Source of the DNA: an uncultured Archangium sp.
Lineage (GTDB): Bacteria > Myxococcota > Myxococcia > Myxococcales > Myxococcaceae
Direction: 5' to 3'
Assembly (NCBI GenBank): GCA_903905455.1
Contig: CAIVGN010000022.1
Location: forward strand, 1 to 27,519
Length of the DNA stretch: 27,519 nucleotides
This document shows positions 16,615-23,939 of the stretch, one piece after another; the first letter of the stretch is position 1; each line of letters opens with the position of its first letter. A program made the translations under genes and the position numbers. The notes under the pieces were generated by a model. That model saw only the letters and a list, made by a program, of their open reading frames with translations. It was not told the DNA's origin and did no database searches.

Positions 16615-18729
16615 TCACTTCTCCTCGCGCATCCCCGGCAGGCCGGCGAGAAGCCGCTGCGCCACGTCCGACACCGACTCTCCACCCAGGATGGCGAGGG
16701 GCGAGAGGTTCCGGGTGAGCGACGCGGCGAACTGCTGGTTGCCCAGGGACTTGAGGGTCGCCACCAGTTCGGGGTGGAGCGCGGCCATCTGTTCCTTGAA
16801 GGCGGCGGTGCGCGCCACCAGGCGCTGCGTTTCGAGGGCCACGCGCCGTTCCTTCGCCAGGCCCTCGGCGCTGGAGGTGATGGCCAGCGCCTCGGCCTCG
16901 GCGCGGGCGCGACCCAGGGCCTCGAGACGCACGGCCTCGCCATGGGCCTCCACCTGGGTGAGGTGCAGCGTGCGGCGAGCCAGCTCGAGCTCGTTCTGCA
17001 CCCCGAGCGTCTCGCGCTGCGCGGCCCAGATGGCGCGGGCCACGGCCTCGCGGGTCTCCTCGGTCTGCAGGCGCAGGTGCTCGCCCTTGCGCGCCACCTC
17101 GGCGGTGATGGCGGTGCGCTGCGCGTCGGTGAGCAACGCCTCCACGGCCTCGTCGAGGATGCGCACGTCGAGCACCTCTACGTCGGACAGCGCCATGCCG
17201 TTCTCTTCGAACTCGCGGCCGCTGCGCTTCTCGGCCTTCTTCTCGCCCAGCAGCGCGGTGCGCAGAATCTCCGCCGAGGCCGCGTGGAAGCGCTCGATGG
17301 GCGTCAGCCGCACGGCGGCGCGCACGATGCTCCCCAGGTGGTCGCACAGCAGGCCCACGTAGTTCGACACCGAGAACCAGCGCGCGTCGTCGACGCCGTC
17401 GCGGTGCACGAAGCCCACCCGGTACGAGAGGCGCACCTCGAGCTCCACGTGGTCCGCGGTGCGCACCCGCACCACGTCGCTGACCTTGTTCCCCTCCACG
17501 CGCAGGAAGCAGGTGGTCAGCAGCACCTCGTCGCGCTTGGGCGTGCCGGTGGAGAGGGCCAGCGCCTCGAGCGACTCGTCGAAGGCCAGCACGCGCACCG
17601 CCGGGCCGCGCAGCACCTCGCGGGTCTGGGTGCCGGTCACCAGCACCGCCTCGCCGGGGGGCACCACCACCGTGGGCGCCCGCGAGGCGTCCGCGCGAGA
17701 GAGGCCCCAGCGCCTCGCCGTCTCGGGGTCGAGCACCCGGCTGACGCGCTCGACCTGGGTGGGGTCGGGCAGCAGCGCCAGCGGGCCCTCCACGGTGCGC
17801 ACCGCGCCGGTGTGGAGGTCGCGCAGGTAGACCGCCTCCTTCGCGGCGAGCTGCACCGCGGCCACCTCGCCCAGCACCTCCAGGGCCTCGGAGGGGAAGA
17901 AGTAGCCCTCGCGGGCGTGCACGAAGAGCTCCTGGCCCGGCTCGTAGCGGCCCTTCGGCACGGCCTCGCCCTCCTGGGCCTCGAAGCCCTGGAGCACGCG
18001 CACGTGGAGCCCGCGGTCGCGCTTGAGGGGCCAGGCGGCGCACACCCGGGTGCCGTTCTTCACCAGGAACTCTTCCCACGCCTCGGGGAAGACCACGGCC
18101 GGCCCGCGCTCGTAGCGCCTGCGCCCCTTCGGCCCGCGGAGCACGCAGTACTGGCCGTCGAGCAGGGTGACGGCGTTGCGCACGTAGCTGCCCTTCTCGT
18201 CGGGGAGCACCTCGAGGCCGGTGGGGGGAATGAAGAAGCTCACCTCGCTGCCCTTGATGATGCGCTCGGTGCCGATGGCGGCGCTCTCCCCGTCGACCAC
18301 GTCGTAGACGCGCAGGCGCAGGTACTGGTCTTCGGAGAGCTCGTGGCCCGCGACGACGCGCGCCTTCTGGCCGGGCCAGAGGGGAAAGGTGGCCGGGCCG
18401 GGCACCACCACGCGGCGCCCCACGCGCAGCTCCACCGCCGAGTTGTTGCCCTTGACCGGCCGCATGGCCGGGTCCTTCGCGGGGTTCTCGAGCACCAGGT
18501 ACTGCGCGCTGGACGCGGTGACGAAGGGCTGGACGCCGTTGCCCTCTTCGCCGCGCATGGGGGTGAAGCGGTCGAGCTTGAGCTCCACGAGGCGCTCGGT
18601 GTTCGACAGCGAGATCTTCGTGGGGCCCACGTAGAGCACGATGTCGCCCTTGGTGAGGTCCTGGACGTAGGCGTACTCGTTCGATGCCACGAGGATGTCG
18701 CGTTCCCTGCTGCTGTCCCGGTCGGCCAT
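16615..18729 (-). CDS. Bacterial homologue of the major vault protein (MVP): N-terminal MVP repeat domains, SPFH-like shoulder and a long cap-helix coiled coil (704 aa)
   Basis: ATG at 18727-18729 gives MADRDSSRERDILVASNEYAYVQDLTKGDIVLYVGPTKISLSNTERLV, which parallels the human MVP N-terminus ([39 protein letters not shown]). The repeat region contains IIKGSEVSFFIPPTGLEV (compare MVP VVKGEKSFFLQPGEQLEQ) and GQYCVLRGP (compare HNYCVILDP). The shoulder reads ARWFSVSNYVGLLCDHLGSIVRAAVRLTPIERFHAASAEILRTALLG (compare MVP [47 protein letters not shown]). A coiled-coil segment of roughly 130 aa follows (ARKGEHLRLQTEETREAVARAIWAAQRE...LETQRLVARTAAFKEQMAALHPELVATLKSLG). The stop is at 16615-16617. The table ORF begins 22 codons upstream, but Met23 aligns with the MVP start. 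Confidence 0.85.
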   Translation of the reverse strand: MADRDSSRERDILVASNEYAYVQDLTKGDIVLYVGPTKISLSNTERLVELKLDRFTPMRGEEGNGVQPFVTASSAQYLVLENPAKDPAMRPVKGNNSAVELRVGRRVVVPGPATFPLWPGQKARVVAGHELSEDQYLRLRVYDVVDGESAAIGTERIIKGSEVSFFIPPTGLEVLPDEKGSYVRNAVTLLDGQYCVLRGPKGRRRYERGPAVVFPEAWEEFLVKNGTRVCAAWPLKRDRGLHVRVLQGFEAQEGEAVPKGRYEPGQELFVHAREGYFFPSEALEVLGEVAAVQLAAKEAVYLRDLHTGAVRTVEGPLALLPDPTQVERVSRVLDPETARRWGLSRADASRAPTVVVPPGEAVLVTGTQTREVLRGPAVRVLAFDESLEALALSTGTPKRDEVLLTTCFLRVEGNKVSDVVRVRTADHVELEVRLSYRVGFVHRDGVDDARWFSVSNYVGLLCDHLGSIVRAAVRLTPIERFHAASAEILRTALLGEKKAEKRSGREFEENGMALSDVEVLDVRILDEAVEALLTDAQRTAITAEVARKGEHLRLQTEETREAVARAIWAAQRETLGVQNELELARRTLHLTQVEAHGEAVRLEALGRARAEAEALAITSSAEGLAKERRVALETQRLVARTAAFKEQMAALHPELVATLKSLGNQQFAASLTRNLSPLAILGGESVSDVAQRLLAGLPGMREEK

Positions 18730-18863
18730 GGGGAGGCGCAGAGCCAGAGACGTGCCACGCGCAAGGCGGCGGGACGGCGCGTGAGGCTGCACCACCCTGG
18801 CCCACGGCGCACCGTGTTGGAGCCCCCATGCCCCGAAACGGGTGACATACTCTCGCGCGCTTC

Positions 18864-20624
18864 ATGGCTCCCCCGCGCGCGAAGACCGCCTTCACCCTCA
18901 CCGTCACCAAAGACGGCGCGAGCGTCATGGCCACCTTCGAGAGCGGCGCGGCGCGGCTGGGGCGGGCGCCGGAGAACGACGTGGTGATCAACGACGCGCT
19001 CGCCTCGCGCGTGCACGCCCGCATCTTCCACGAGGCCGGGCGCTTCTTCGTCGAAGACCTGCAGAGCACGGCGGGCACGCGGCTCAACGGGGGCCGGCTC
19101 GCCGCGCGGGCCGAGCTCAAGCCGGGAGATCGCCTCGCCATCGGCCAGGTCACCGTGCTCTTCACCACCGGGGTCGACCCCGCGTCGACGCTCGACGAGT
19201 CGGCGCGGCCCGCCCCCAGCGTGCTCGACCAGGCGACGACCCTCCGGCCTGCCTTCACCCCGCCTCCCCCTCCGCCTGCACAGGGCGCGGCCACCGGTCT
19301 CGACGCGTCGACGGTGCTGCGGCCGGCCTTCAGCCCGCCCCGGCCCAGCGGCACGCACAAGGCCGCGCCGGCGCCGGCGGCCACCAGCGAGAGCTTCAGC
19401 GACGTACCCACGGTGGAGCTCGTCAACCGGGGCCTGGTGAAGCCCCCCACCCCGGTCGCCACCAGCGAGAGCTTCAGCGACGTCCCCACGGTGGAGCTCG
19501 TCAACCGCGCGGTGCTCCAGGGCCCGGCCCCCGCCGGCGCCAGCGCGTGGGACGGGAAGTTCGAAGACGCGGCGACCCGGGAGTTGCTGCCGGGCGAGGC
19601 GCTCGCGAAGTCGTCAGCCGCCAAGGACCTGCTGGCCGAGCAGCCCACGCGGTCGCTGACCGAAGAGAGCAACCGGCTGCTGGCCGCCGACGTGGCCCGC
19701 GAGCGGCGGGCGCTGCAGAAGACGAGCGCCGGCCGCGCGCAGCTGTGGTGGGCGTCGGTGCCAGCGGCGTTGAAGGCCGCGCTCGCCGTGGTCCTGATGC
19801 TCACCTTCACCGCGGTGGTGTGGGTGCAGCAACCGACGGCGGCTCCGACCGGGCCCCGCATGCCCGACGAGCTGGTGCCCAACGGCGACGCGCTGGCGCT
19901 CTCGTTCGGCGCGGGCCCGGGGGCCGAGGTGCAGGTCGCCGAGTCGAAGGCCTTCTTCTTCACGCCCTTCGCCGCGACCCGGCTGGTGGGCGTGCTGCAC
20001 TTTCGCGCCCACGACTGCGGGCAGAACGAGGTGCACATCGAGCTCAACGGCGCGCCGGTGGCCTTCGTGCCCGCCGACACCGCGCAGAGTGACGTGGAGC
20101 TGGAGCATGTGTTGCCCTCGGGGCTGCTCAAGGTGGGCGCCAACAACCAGCTCACCTTCGAGAACGTGCGCCAGGGCGACGACGACGAGACCTGGCGCAT
20201 CGCCGGGCTGTGGGTGGAGCTGATTCCCCTGCCGGAGCTCACCAGCCAGCAGGCCAGCACCCGGGCGCAGGACTCCATCGACCAGGCCACCCAGCTCTAC
20301 GAGCTGAAGAAGATCGGCGCCATCAACCTGTTCCGCGCGTGGAAGAGCTACCGCGAGGCCTGGCTGGTGCTCGAGGCCACGGCCGACCACGACGCCGCCC
20401 TGCAGCAGTTCGCCCTGACGCGCATGCGCGACCTCCGGCCCGAGCTCGACCAGAAGTGCACCGCCATCCTCGTGCAGTACGAGCAGGAAATGAGTCGGCG
20501 GTACCCCAGCCTCAAGAAGGCGCGGAAAATTTTGCAGGGCGTCCCGGCGCACTTCGGCAAGGAGCACCCCTGCCTCGACATGAGCCGGCACCTGCTGCGG
20601 CAGGTGAGCGAGGACGCGAAGTAG
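18864..20624 (+). CDS. FHA-domain protein with a Pro-rich repeat linker, one TM helix and a C-terminal domain of unknown function (586 aa)
   Basis: The FHA domain reads GRAPENDVVINDALASRVHARIFHEAGRFFVEDLQSTAGTRLNGGRLAARAELKPGDRLAIGQVTV. A Pro/Ala-rich linker follows, with a 2x26-aa tandem repeat. The TM helix is LWWASVPAALKAALAVVLMLTFTAVVWV. The C-terminal domain of roughly 270 aa is probably extracytoplasmic. It is divergent from the MVP gene, with a 134-bp intergenic gap. Confidence 0.85.
   Translation: MAPPRAKTAFTLTVTKDGASVMATFESGAARLGRAPENDVVINDALASRVHARIFHEAGRFFVEDLQSTAGTRLNGGRLAARAELKPGDRLAIGQVTVLFTTGVDPASTLDESARPAPSVLDQATTLRPAFTPPPPPPAQGAATGLDASTVLRPAFSPPRPSGTHKAAPAPAATSESFSDVPTVELVNRGLVKPPTPVATSESFSDVPTVELVNRAVLQGPAPAGASAWDGKFEDAATRELLPGEALAKSSAAKDLLAEQPTRSLTEESNRLLAADVARERRALQKTSAGRAQLWWASVPAALKAALAVVLMLTFTAVVWVQQPTAAPTGPRMPDELVPNGDALALSFGAGPGAEVQVAESKAFFFTPFAATRLVGVLHFRAHDCGQNEVHIELNGAPVAFVPADTAQSDVELEHVLPSGLLKVGANNQLTFENVRQGDDDETWRIAGLWVELIPLPELTSQQASTRAQDSIDQATQLYELKKIGAINLFRAWKSYREAWLVLEATADHDAALQQFALTRMRDLRPELDQKCTAILVQYEQEMSRRYPSLKKARKILQGVPAHFGKEHPCLDMSRHLLRQVSEDAK
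19380..19535. repeat. Tandem direct repeat, 2 x 78 bp, in frame in the FHA-protein linker
   Basis: ATSESFSDVPTVELVNRGLVKPPTPV is followed by ATSESFSDVPTVELVNRAVLQGPAPA. The DNA is near-identical over about 55 bp of each unit. Confidence 0.85.
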
Positions 20625-20674
20625 GCAGAAGCGCGCTGCCGAACGCGGCTCGGATCCGCTAGCCTTCGCGGCCG

Positions 20675-21505
20675 GTGCGTCGTCCTCGAGCCAGTCGCGT
20701 AGGCAGGGTCCTCGGGGGCGCGGCGCTGCTGGGCGCGGTGCTCGGCGCGGCCCTGGGCGCGGTGAACGACCGGTCGCTGGAAGCCGCGCAGGCCGAAGTG
20801 CTCAGCGCTTCCCCGGGCGCGGCGAAGTGGGTGCTCTCGCCGCCGCGGCCTTCCCCCGAGGCGCTGGCCGCGCTGCCCCCGTTCCCCGACGCCGAGGCCC
20901 GGGCGCTCTTCTCCTCGAGCACCCTTTCGGGCACGCCGCTGGGCATCGCGTGGTTCTCCACGAAGTGGCCGGTGGAGTCGGTGCTCGCCTACTACGCGGA
21001 GTACTTCCGGCTGCTGTCGCGGCCCGCGGTGCGCCACCTCTACTCGCCGTCGTCGGGCTACGTGGCGTGGTTGGAGACGGACGCGGTGCGCAGCCCGGGG
21101 CGCGGGGCGCTGCACATGGTCTCGGCCCTGCGGCAACGCGACGAGACGGTGGTGTTCCTCTCGGTGAACGACCCGCTGGCCCTGACCCAGGCGCCGCCCG
21201 AGGCCCTGCCCGACGACGTGGCGGTGCCGCCCCGGGGTACGCCGCCGCGCGTGTTCCGCCAGCTCGACGAGGGCCGCGCGGTGCAGGTCATCGGGTTGTC
21301 GGTGCCGGCCCAGAGTCCCGAGGACGTGCTCGCCTTCTACCGGGCGCACTTCACGGACACCGGCTGGTCGCTGCAGGACGTGGAGCAGGTGGACGGGCTG
21401 CAGGTGCTGGTGGCGTCGCGCGGCAAGTCGCAGCAGACGGTGCTCGCCTCCCGGTCCGGCCCGGGCGACGTCGACGTGGTCATCTCGCGGGAGGTGCACC
21501 CGTGA
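20675..21505 (+). CDS. Hypothetical signal-anchored or secreted protein (about 276 aa; start uncertain)
   Basis: The N-terminal hydrophobic segment is VLGGAALLGAVLGAALGAV. The first 8 codons have low GC3, so the true start may lie downstream. GC3 is high from about 20700. The stop TGA 21503-21505 overlaps the GTG of the next gene (GTGA). The ORF sits 50 bp downstream of the FHA gene. Confidence 0.55.
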   Translation: MRRPRASRVGRVLGGAALLGAVLGAALGAVNDRSLEAAQAEVLSASPGAAKWVLSPPRPSPEALAALPPFPDAEARALFSSSTLSGTPLGIAWFSTKWPVESVLAYYAEYFRLLSRPAVRHLYSPSSGYVAWLETDAVRSPGRGALHMVSALRQRDETVVFLSVNDPLALTQAPPEALPDDVAVPPRGTPPRVFRQLDEGRAVQVIGLSVPAQSPEDVLAFYRAHFTDTGWSLQDVEQVDGLQVLVASRGKSQQTVLASRSGPGDVDVVISREVHP

Positions 21506-22299
21506 GGCGCCGGGGCCAGGCCGCGGTGGAGACGGCGCTGGTGATGCCGCTGTTCGTGTTCCTGGTCCTGGGCACGCTGCAGCTCTCGCTGGTGCACCAG
21601 GCGCGGTTGATGACCAAGTACGCCGCGTACAAGGCGGCGCGGGCGGGCTCCATCGGCAGCGCGGCGTGGAACGACATGGACACGGCGGCCCTGGCGGTGC
21701 TGATGCCCATGGCCAGCAGCGGGGCGGCGGGCATCGAGCGCGTGTTCCCCGCGACCACCCCCACGGAGTGGTCGCGCTCGTGGGAGAAGATCAAGGACAA
21801 CCGGCAGTCACCGCCCATCCCCTACGTGGTGGTGCAGGTGTGCAACCCCACGCTGCCCCGGCTGCGCGCCCAGGCGGCGGCGGCGGGCATCGACCTCAAC
21901 AAGGGCGTGGACTTCGACGACCCGCGGCTGCTGGGCGACGCGTGGGCCACCTACAACGTCACGCGGCTGCAGGTGCAGGTGACGTTCTACTACCGGATGC
22001 CCATCCCCTTCGCGAACGCCATGCTGTGGATGATGGCGCGCGGGGTGGAGCACGACGACGCGGTGCGCACGCTGCGCATGACGCCGGGCACGGTGCGCGA
22101 GAGCCTCAACCCCAACGGCGGCAAGCGCACCATCGAGAAGGTCCCCATCCAGGAGCGGGCCGACGCGCACGAATACATCCTCCCCATTCGCGCCTCGTGG
22201 GGCATGCGCATGCAGTCCAAGCTGTGGCCCGACCTCGAGGGCTTCGAGCTGCCGGACACCAACCTGTGCTCGGTGCCGTGGAAGAAGGAGGGCTCGTGA
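21502..22299 (+). CDS. TadE-like (Flp-pilus-assembly pseudopilin-like) N-terminal domain protein, 265 aa
   Basis: The N-terminus VRRRGQAAVETALVMPLFVFLVLGTLQLSLV matches the TadE-like family (R-G-x-A-A-V-E-F-A-L plus a hydrophobic helix). The remainder is a Cys-containing domain of about 200 aa. Starts and stops form GTGA overlaps at both ends. Confidence 0.8.
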   Translation: MRRRGQAAVETALVMPLFVFLVLGTLQLSLVHQARLMTKYAAYKAARAGSIGSAAWNDMDTAALAVLMPMASSGAAGIERVFPATTPTEWSRSWEKIKDNRQSPPIPYVVVQVCNPTLPRLRAQAAAAGIDLNKGVDFDDPRLLGDAWATYNVTRLQVQVTFYYRMPIPFANAMLWMMARGVEHDDAVRTLRMTPGTVRESLNPNGGKRTIEKVPIQERADAHEYILPIRASWGMRMQSKLWPDLEGFELPDTNLCSVPWKKEGS

Positions 22300-23939
22300 A
22301 GCACGCCCGGCGGGGACAGGTGTTGGCGCTGGCGTCGCTCTCGGTGCTCTTCATGGCGCTGACCATGGCCATGAGCTTCAGCATCTCGAGCGCCATCCAC
22401 GAGCGCATCCGGCTCCAGTCGCAGGCCGACGCGCAGGCCTTCTCGGTGGCCACCATCGAGGCCCGCGGGCTCAACGTGATGGTCTACACCAACCGCACCA
22501 TCGCGGCCCTGGTGGTGACCAACATGTCGGTGCACGCGTGGCACGCCATCGCCTCGCAGACCGAGAACATCCTCGCCTCGAGCCAGGCGGGCATGCTCCA
22601 GGTCGCGGCCCAGGAAGACGCCTGCTGCGAGCGCAGCGGCCACGGGCGCCGCAGCCCCCCCGAAGACCGCGACGCGTGCTGCAACGACGCCGACCGGGCG
22701 CGGGAGATCTCCGCCGCCTTCGGGGCCGAGGCCCAGAAGTGGGACACCCTGCTCATCGGCACCGAGCCCGCCTTCAACGAGACCGTCGACGGGCTGAACA
22801 AGGCCGCCGCGGCGATGCACGTGCTGCAGAAGCGCACCCTGGAGCGCGTGGCCACCGAGGTCAGCCAGCCCACCGTGGGCACGCTCAAGGTGCTCAAGGA
22901 GCGCAACGCCCCGCGGTCCGAGTACGTGCCCGCGCTGCACGCCGTGAACCGCACCGAGTTCTCGTGCGCCGTCGAAGGGTGGAAGGAGCCCGACGACTGC
23001 CGCACGCTGATGGGCCTGACGCTGCCGCGCCTGACGCCGCCCAAGCGCAGCGTGATCATCGAAGACGTGTCGAACGCCGCCCGCGGCTCGTTCCAGCAGT
23101 ACTGCGCCAAGGGCCAGTGCGAGGCCGTGGGCCACCCCGACTTCCAGCCGAGCTCGGCCTACCTGCTGGGCATCATGGGCGGCGAGGGCAGCGTGTGCCT
23201 GGGCTTCGACGGCAAGGCCGGGGTGACCAAGCTGGCCCACACCCTGCCCCCGCGAAACACCTTCGAGGCCGAGTCGGTGGGCGCGGAGACGGCGGGCGGG
23301 TTGATGGTGGGCTGGCGCCACGGCAAGGGCTCGGGGTCGCTGGTGAGCAACGCCTTCTCGGACGAGGCGGGGGGCGTGCACGGGCCGGGGCACAGCGGGC
23401 GCCACGACCAGTTCCGCGGCATCCAGCGCCAGGAGGTCTGCCAGCGCACCGAGTCGTGCTTCATCAACTTCCGCGGCCTCGACCCCAGCACGCGGGGCCG
23501 CACCAAGGGGGGCGACGAGGTGGCGCTCTCGCTCAAGGACAACGATCTCGGCCTGCCCAGCGCCTGGGGCGTGGTGAAGCAGGACCTGGGGCTGCTGCGC
23601 TCGGGCAAGAAGGGGCCGTGGCAGCTCAACGACGAGGGCACGGTGACGCTCAAGTGGGGGCCGCACGTGAAGGCCACGGCGCACCTCGCGCCGGGTGAAG
23701 GCGTGGCGGTGGCCAAGGCCAAGGTCTACTTCCACGAGCTGGGCAGCGACCGGGTCCCGGTGCCCAACCTCTTCGACCCGTTCTTCCGCGCGAAGCTCGA
23801 GCGCTTCCGCTGCCTGGAGCTGGTGGAGGTGCTGATGCTCGCCGGTGACGTCGAGGGCGCGACGCTGGTGCGGGAGCTGCGGGCCCCGGTGGAAGGTCAA
23901 CGACAGATGTCGGGCTGCACGGCCGAGGAGGCAGAGTGA
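22296..23939 (+). CDS. Large TadG/Tad_N-like protein, 547 aa
   Basis: The N-terminus VKHARRGQVLALASLSVLFMALTMAMSFSISSAIHERIRL matches the TadE/G-like (Tad_N) family. A Cys-rich central region follows (CCERSGHG...DACCNDADRAREI...). GC3 is high. GTGA overlaps are present at 22296-22299 and 23936-23939. Confidence 0.8.
   Translation: MKHARRGQVLALASLSVLFMALTMAMSFSISSAIHERIRLQSQADAQAFSVATIEARGLNVMVYTNRTIAALVVTNMSVHAWHAIASQTENILASSQAGMLQVAAQEDACCERSGHGRRSPPEDRDACCNDADRAREISAAFGAEAQKWDTLLIGTEPAFNETVDGLNKAAAAMHVLQKRTLERVATEVSQPTVGTLKVLKERNAPRSEYVPALHAVNRTEFSCAVEGWKEPDDCRTLMGLTLPRLTPPKRSVIIEDVSNAARGSFQQYCAKGQCEAVGHPDFQPSSAYLLGIMGGEGSVCLGFDGKAGVTKLAHTLPPRNTFEAESVGAETAGGLMVGWRHGKGSGSLVSNAFSDEAGGVHGPGHSGRHDQFRGIQRQEVCQRTESCFINFRGLDPSTRGRTKGGDEVALSLKDNDLGLPSAWGVVKQDLGLLRSGKKGPWQLNDEGTVTLKWGPHVKATAHLAPGEGVAVAKAKVYFHELGSDRVPVPNLFDPFFRAKLERFRCLELVEVLMLAGDVEGATLVRELRAPVEGQRQMSGCTAEEAE

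Noticed and set aside
18730-18863. Looked for a sigma-54 or other recognisable promoter in the MVP/FHA divergent intergenic region (TGGCCCACGGCGCACC)
   Set aside because: The GG-N8-GC spacing does not fit the GG-N10-GC rule. No confident promoter call is possible from sequence alone.
9708-20290. Further long ORFs in the wrong frame or on the wrong strand (9708..11903 -, 11711..15121 -, 16532..20290 -, 16774..18987 +, 18240..19358 -, 18842..20092 +, 19614..20591 -)
   Set aside because: The same reasoning applies. They are shadows of the lipoprotein, kinase, MVP and FHA genes. They carry no recognisable motifs and have poly-R/G/A/P composition.
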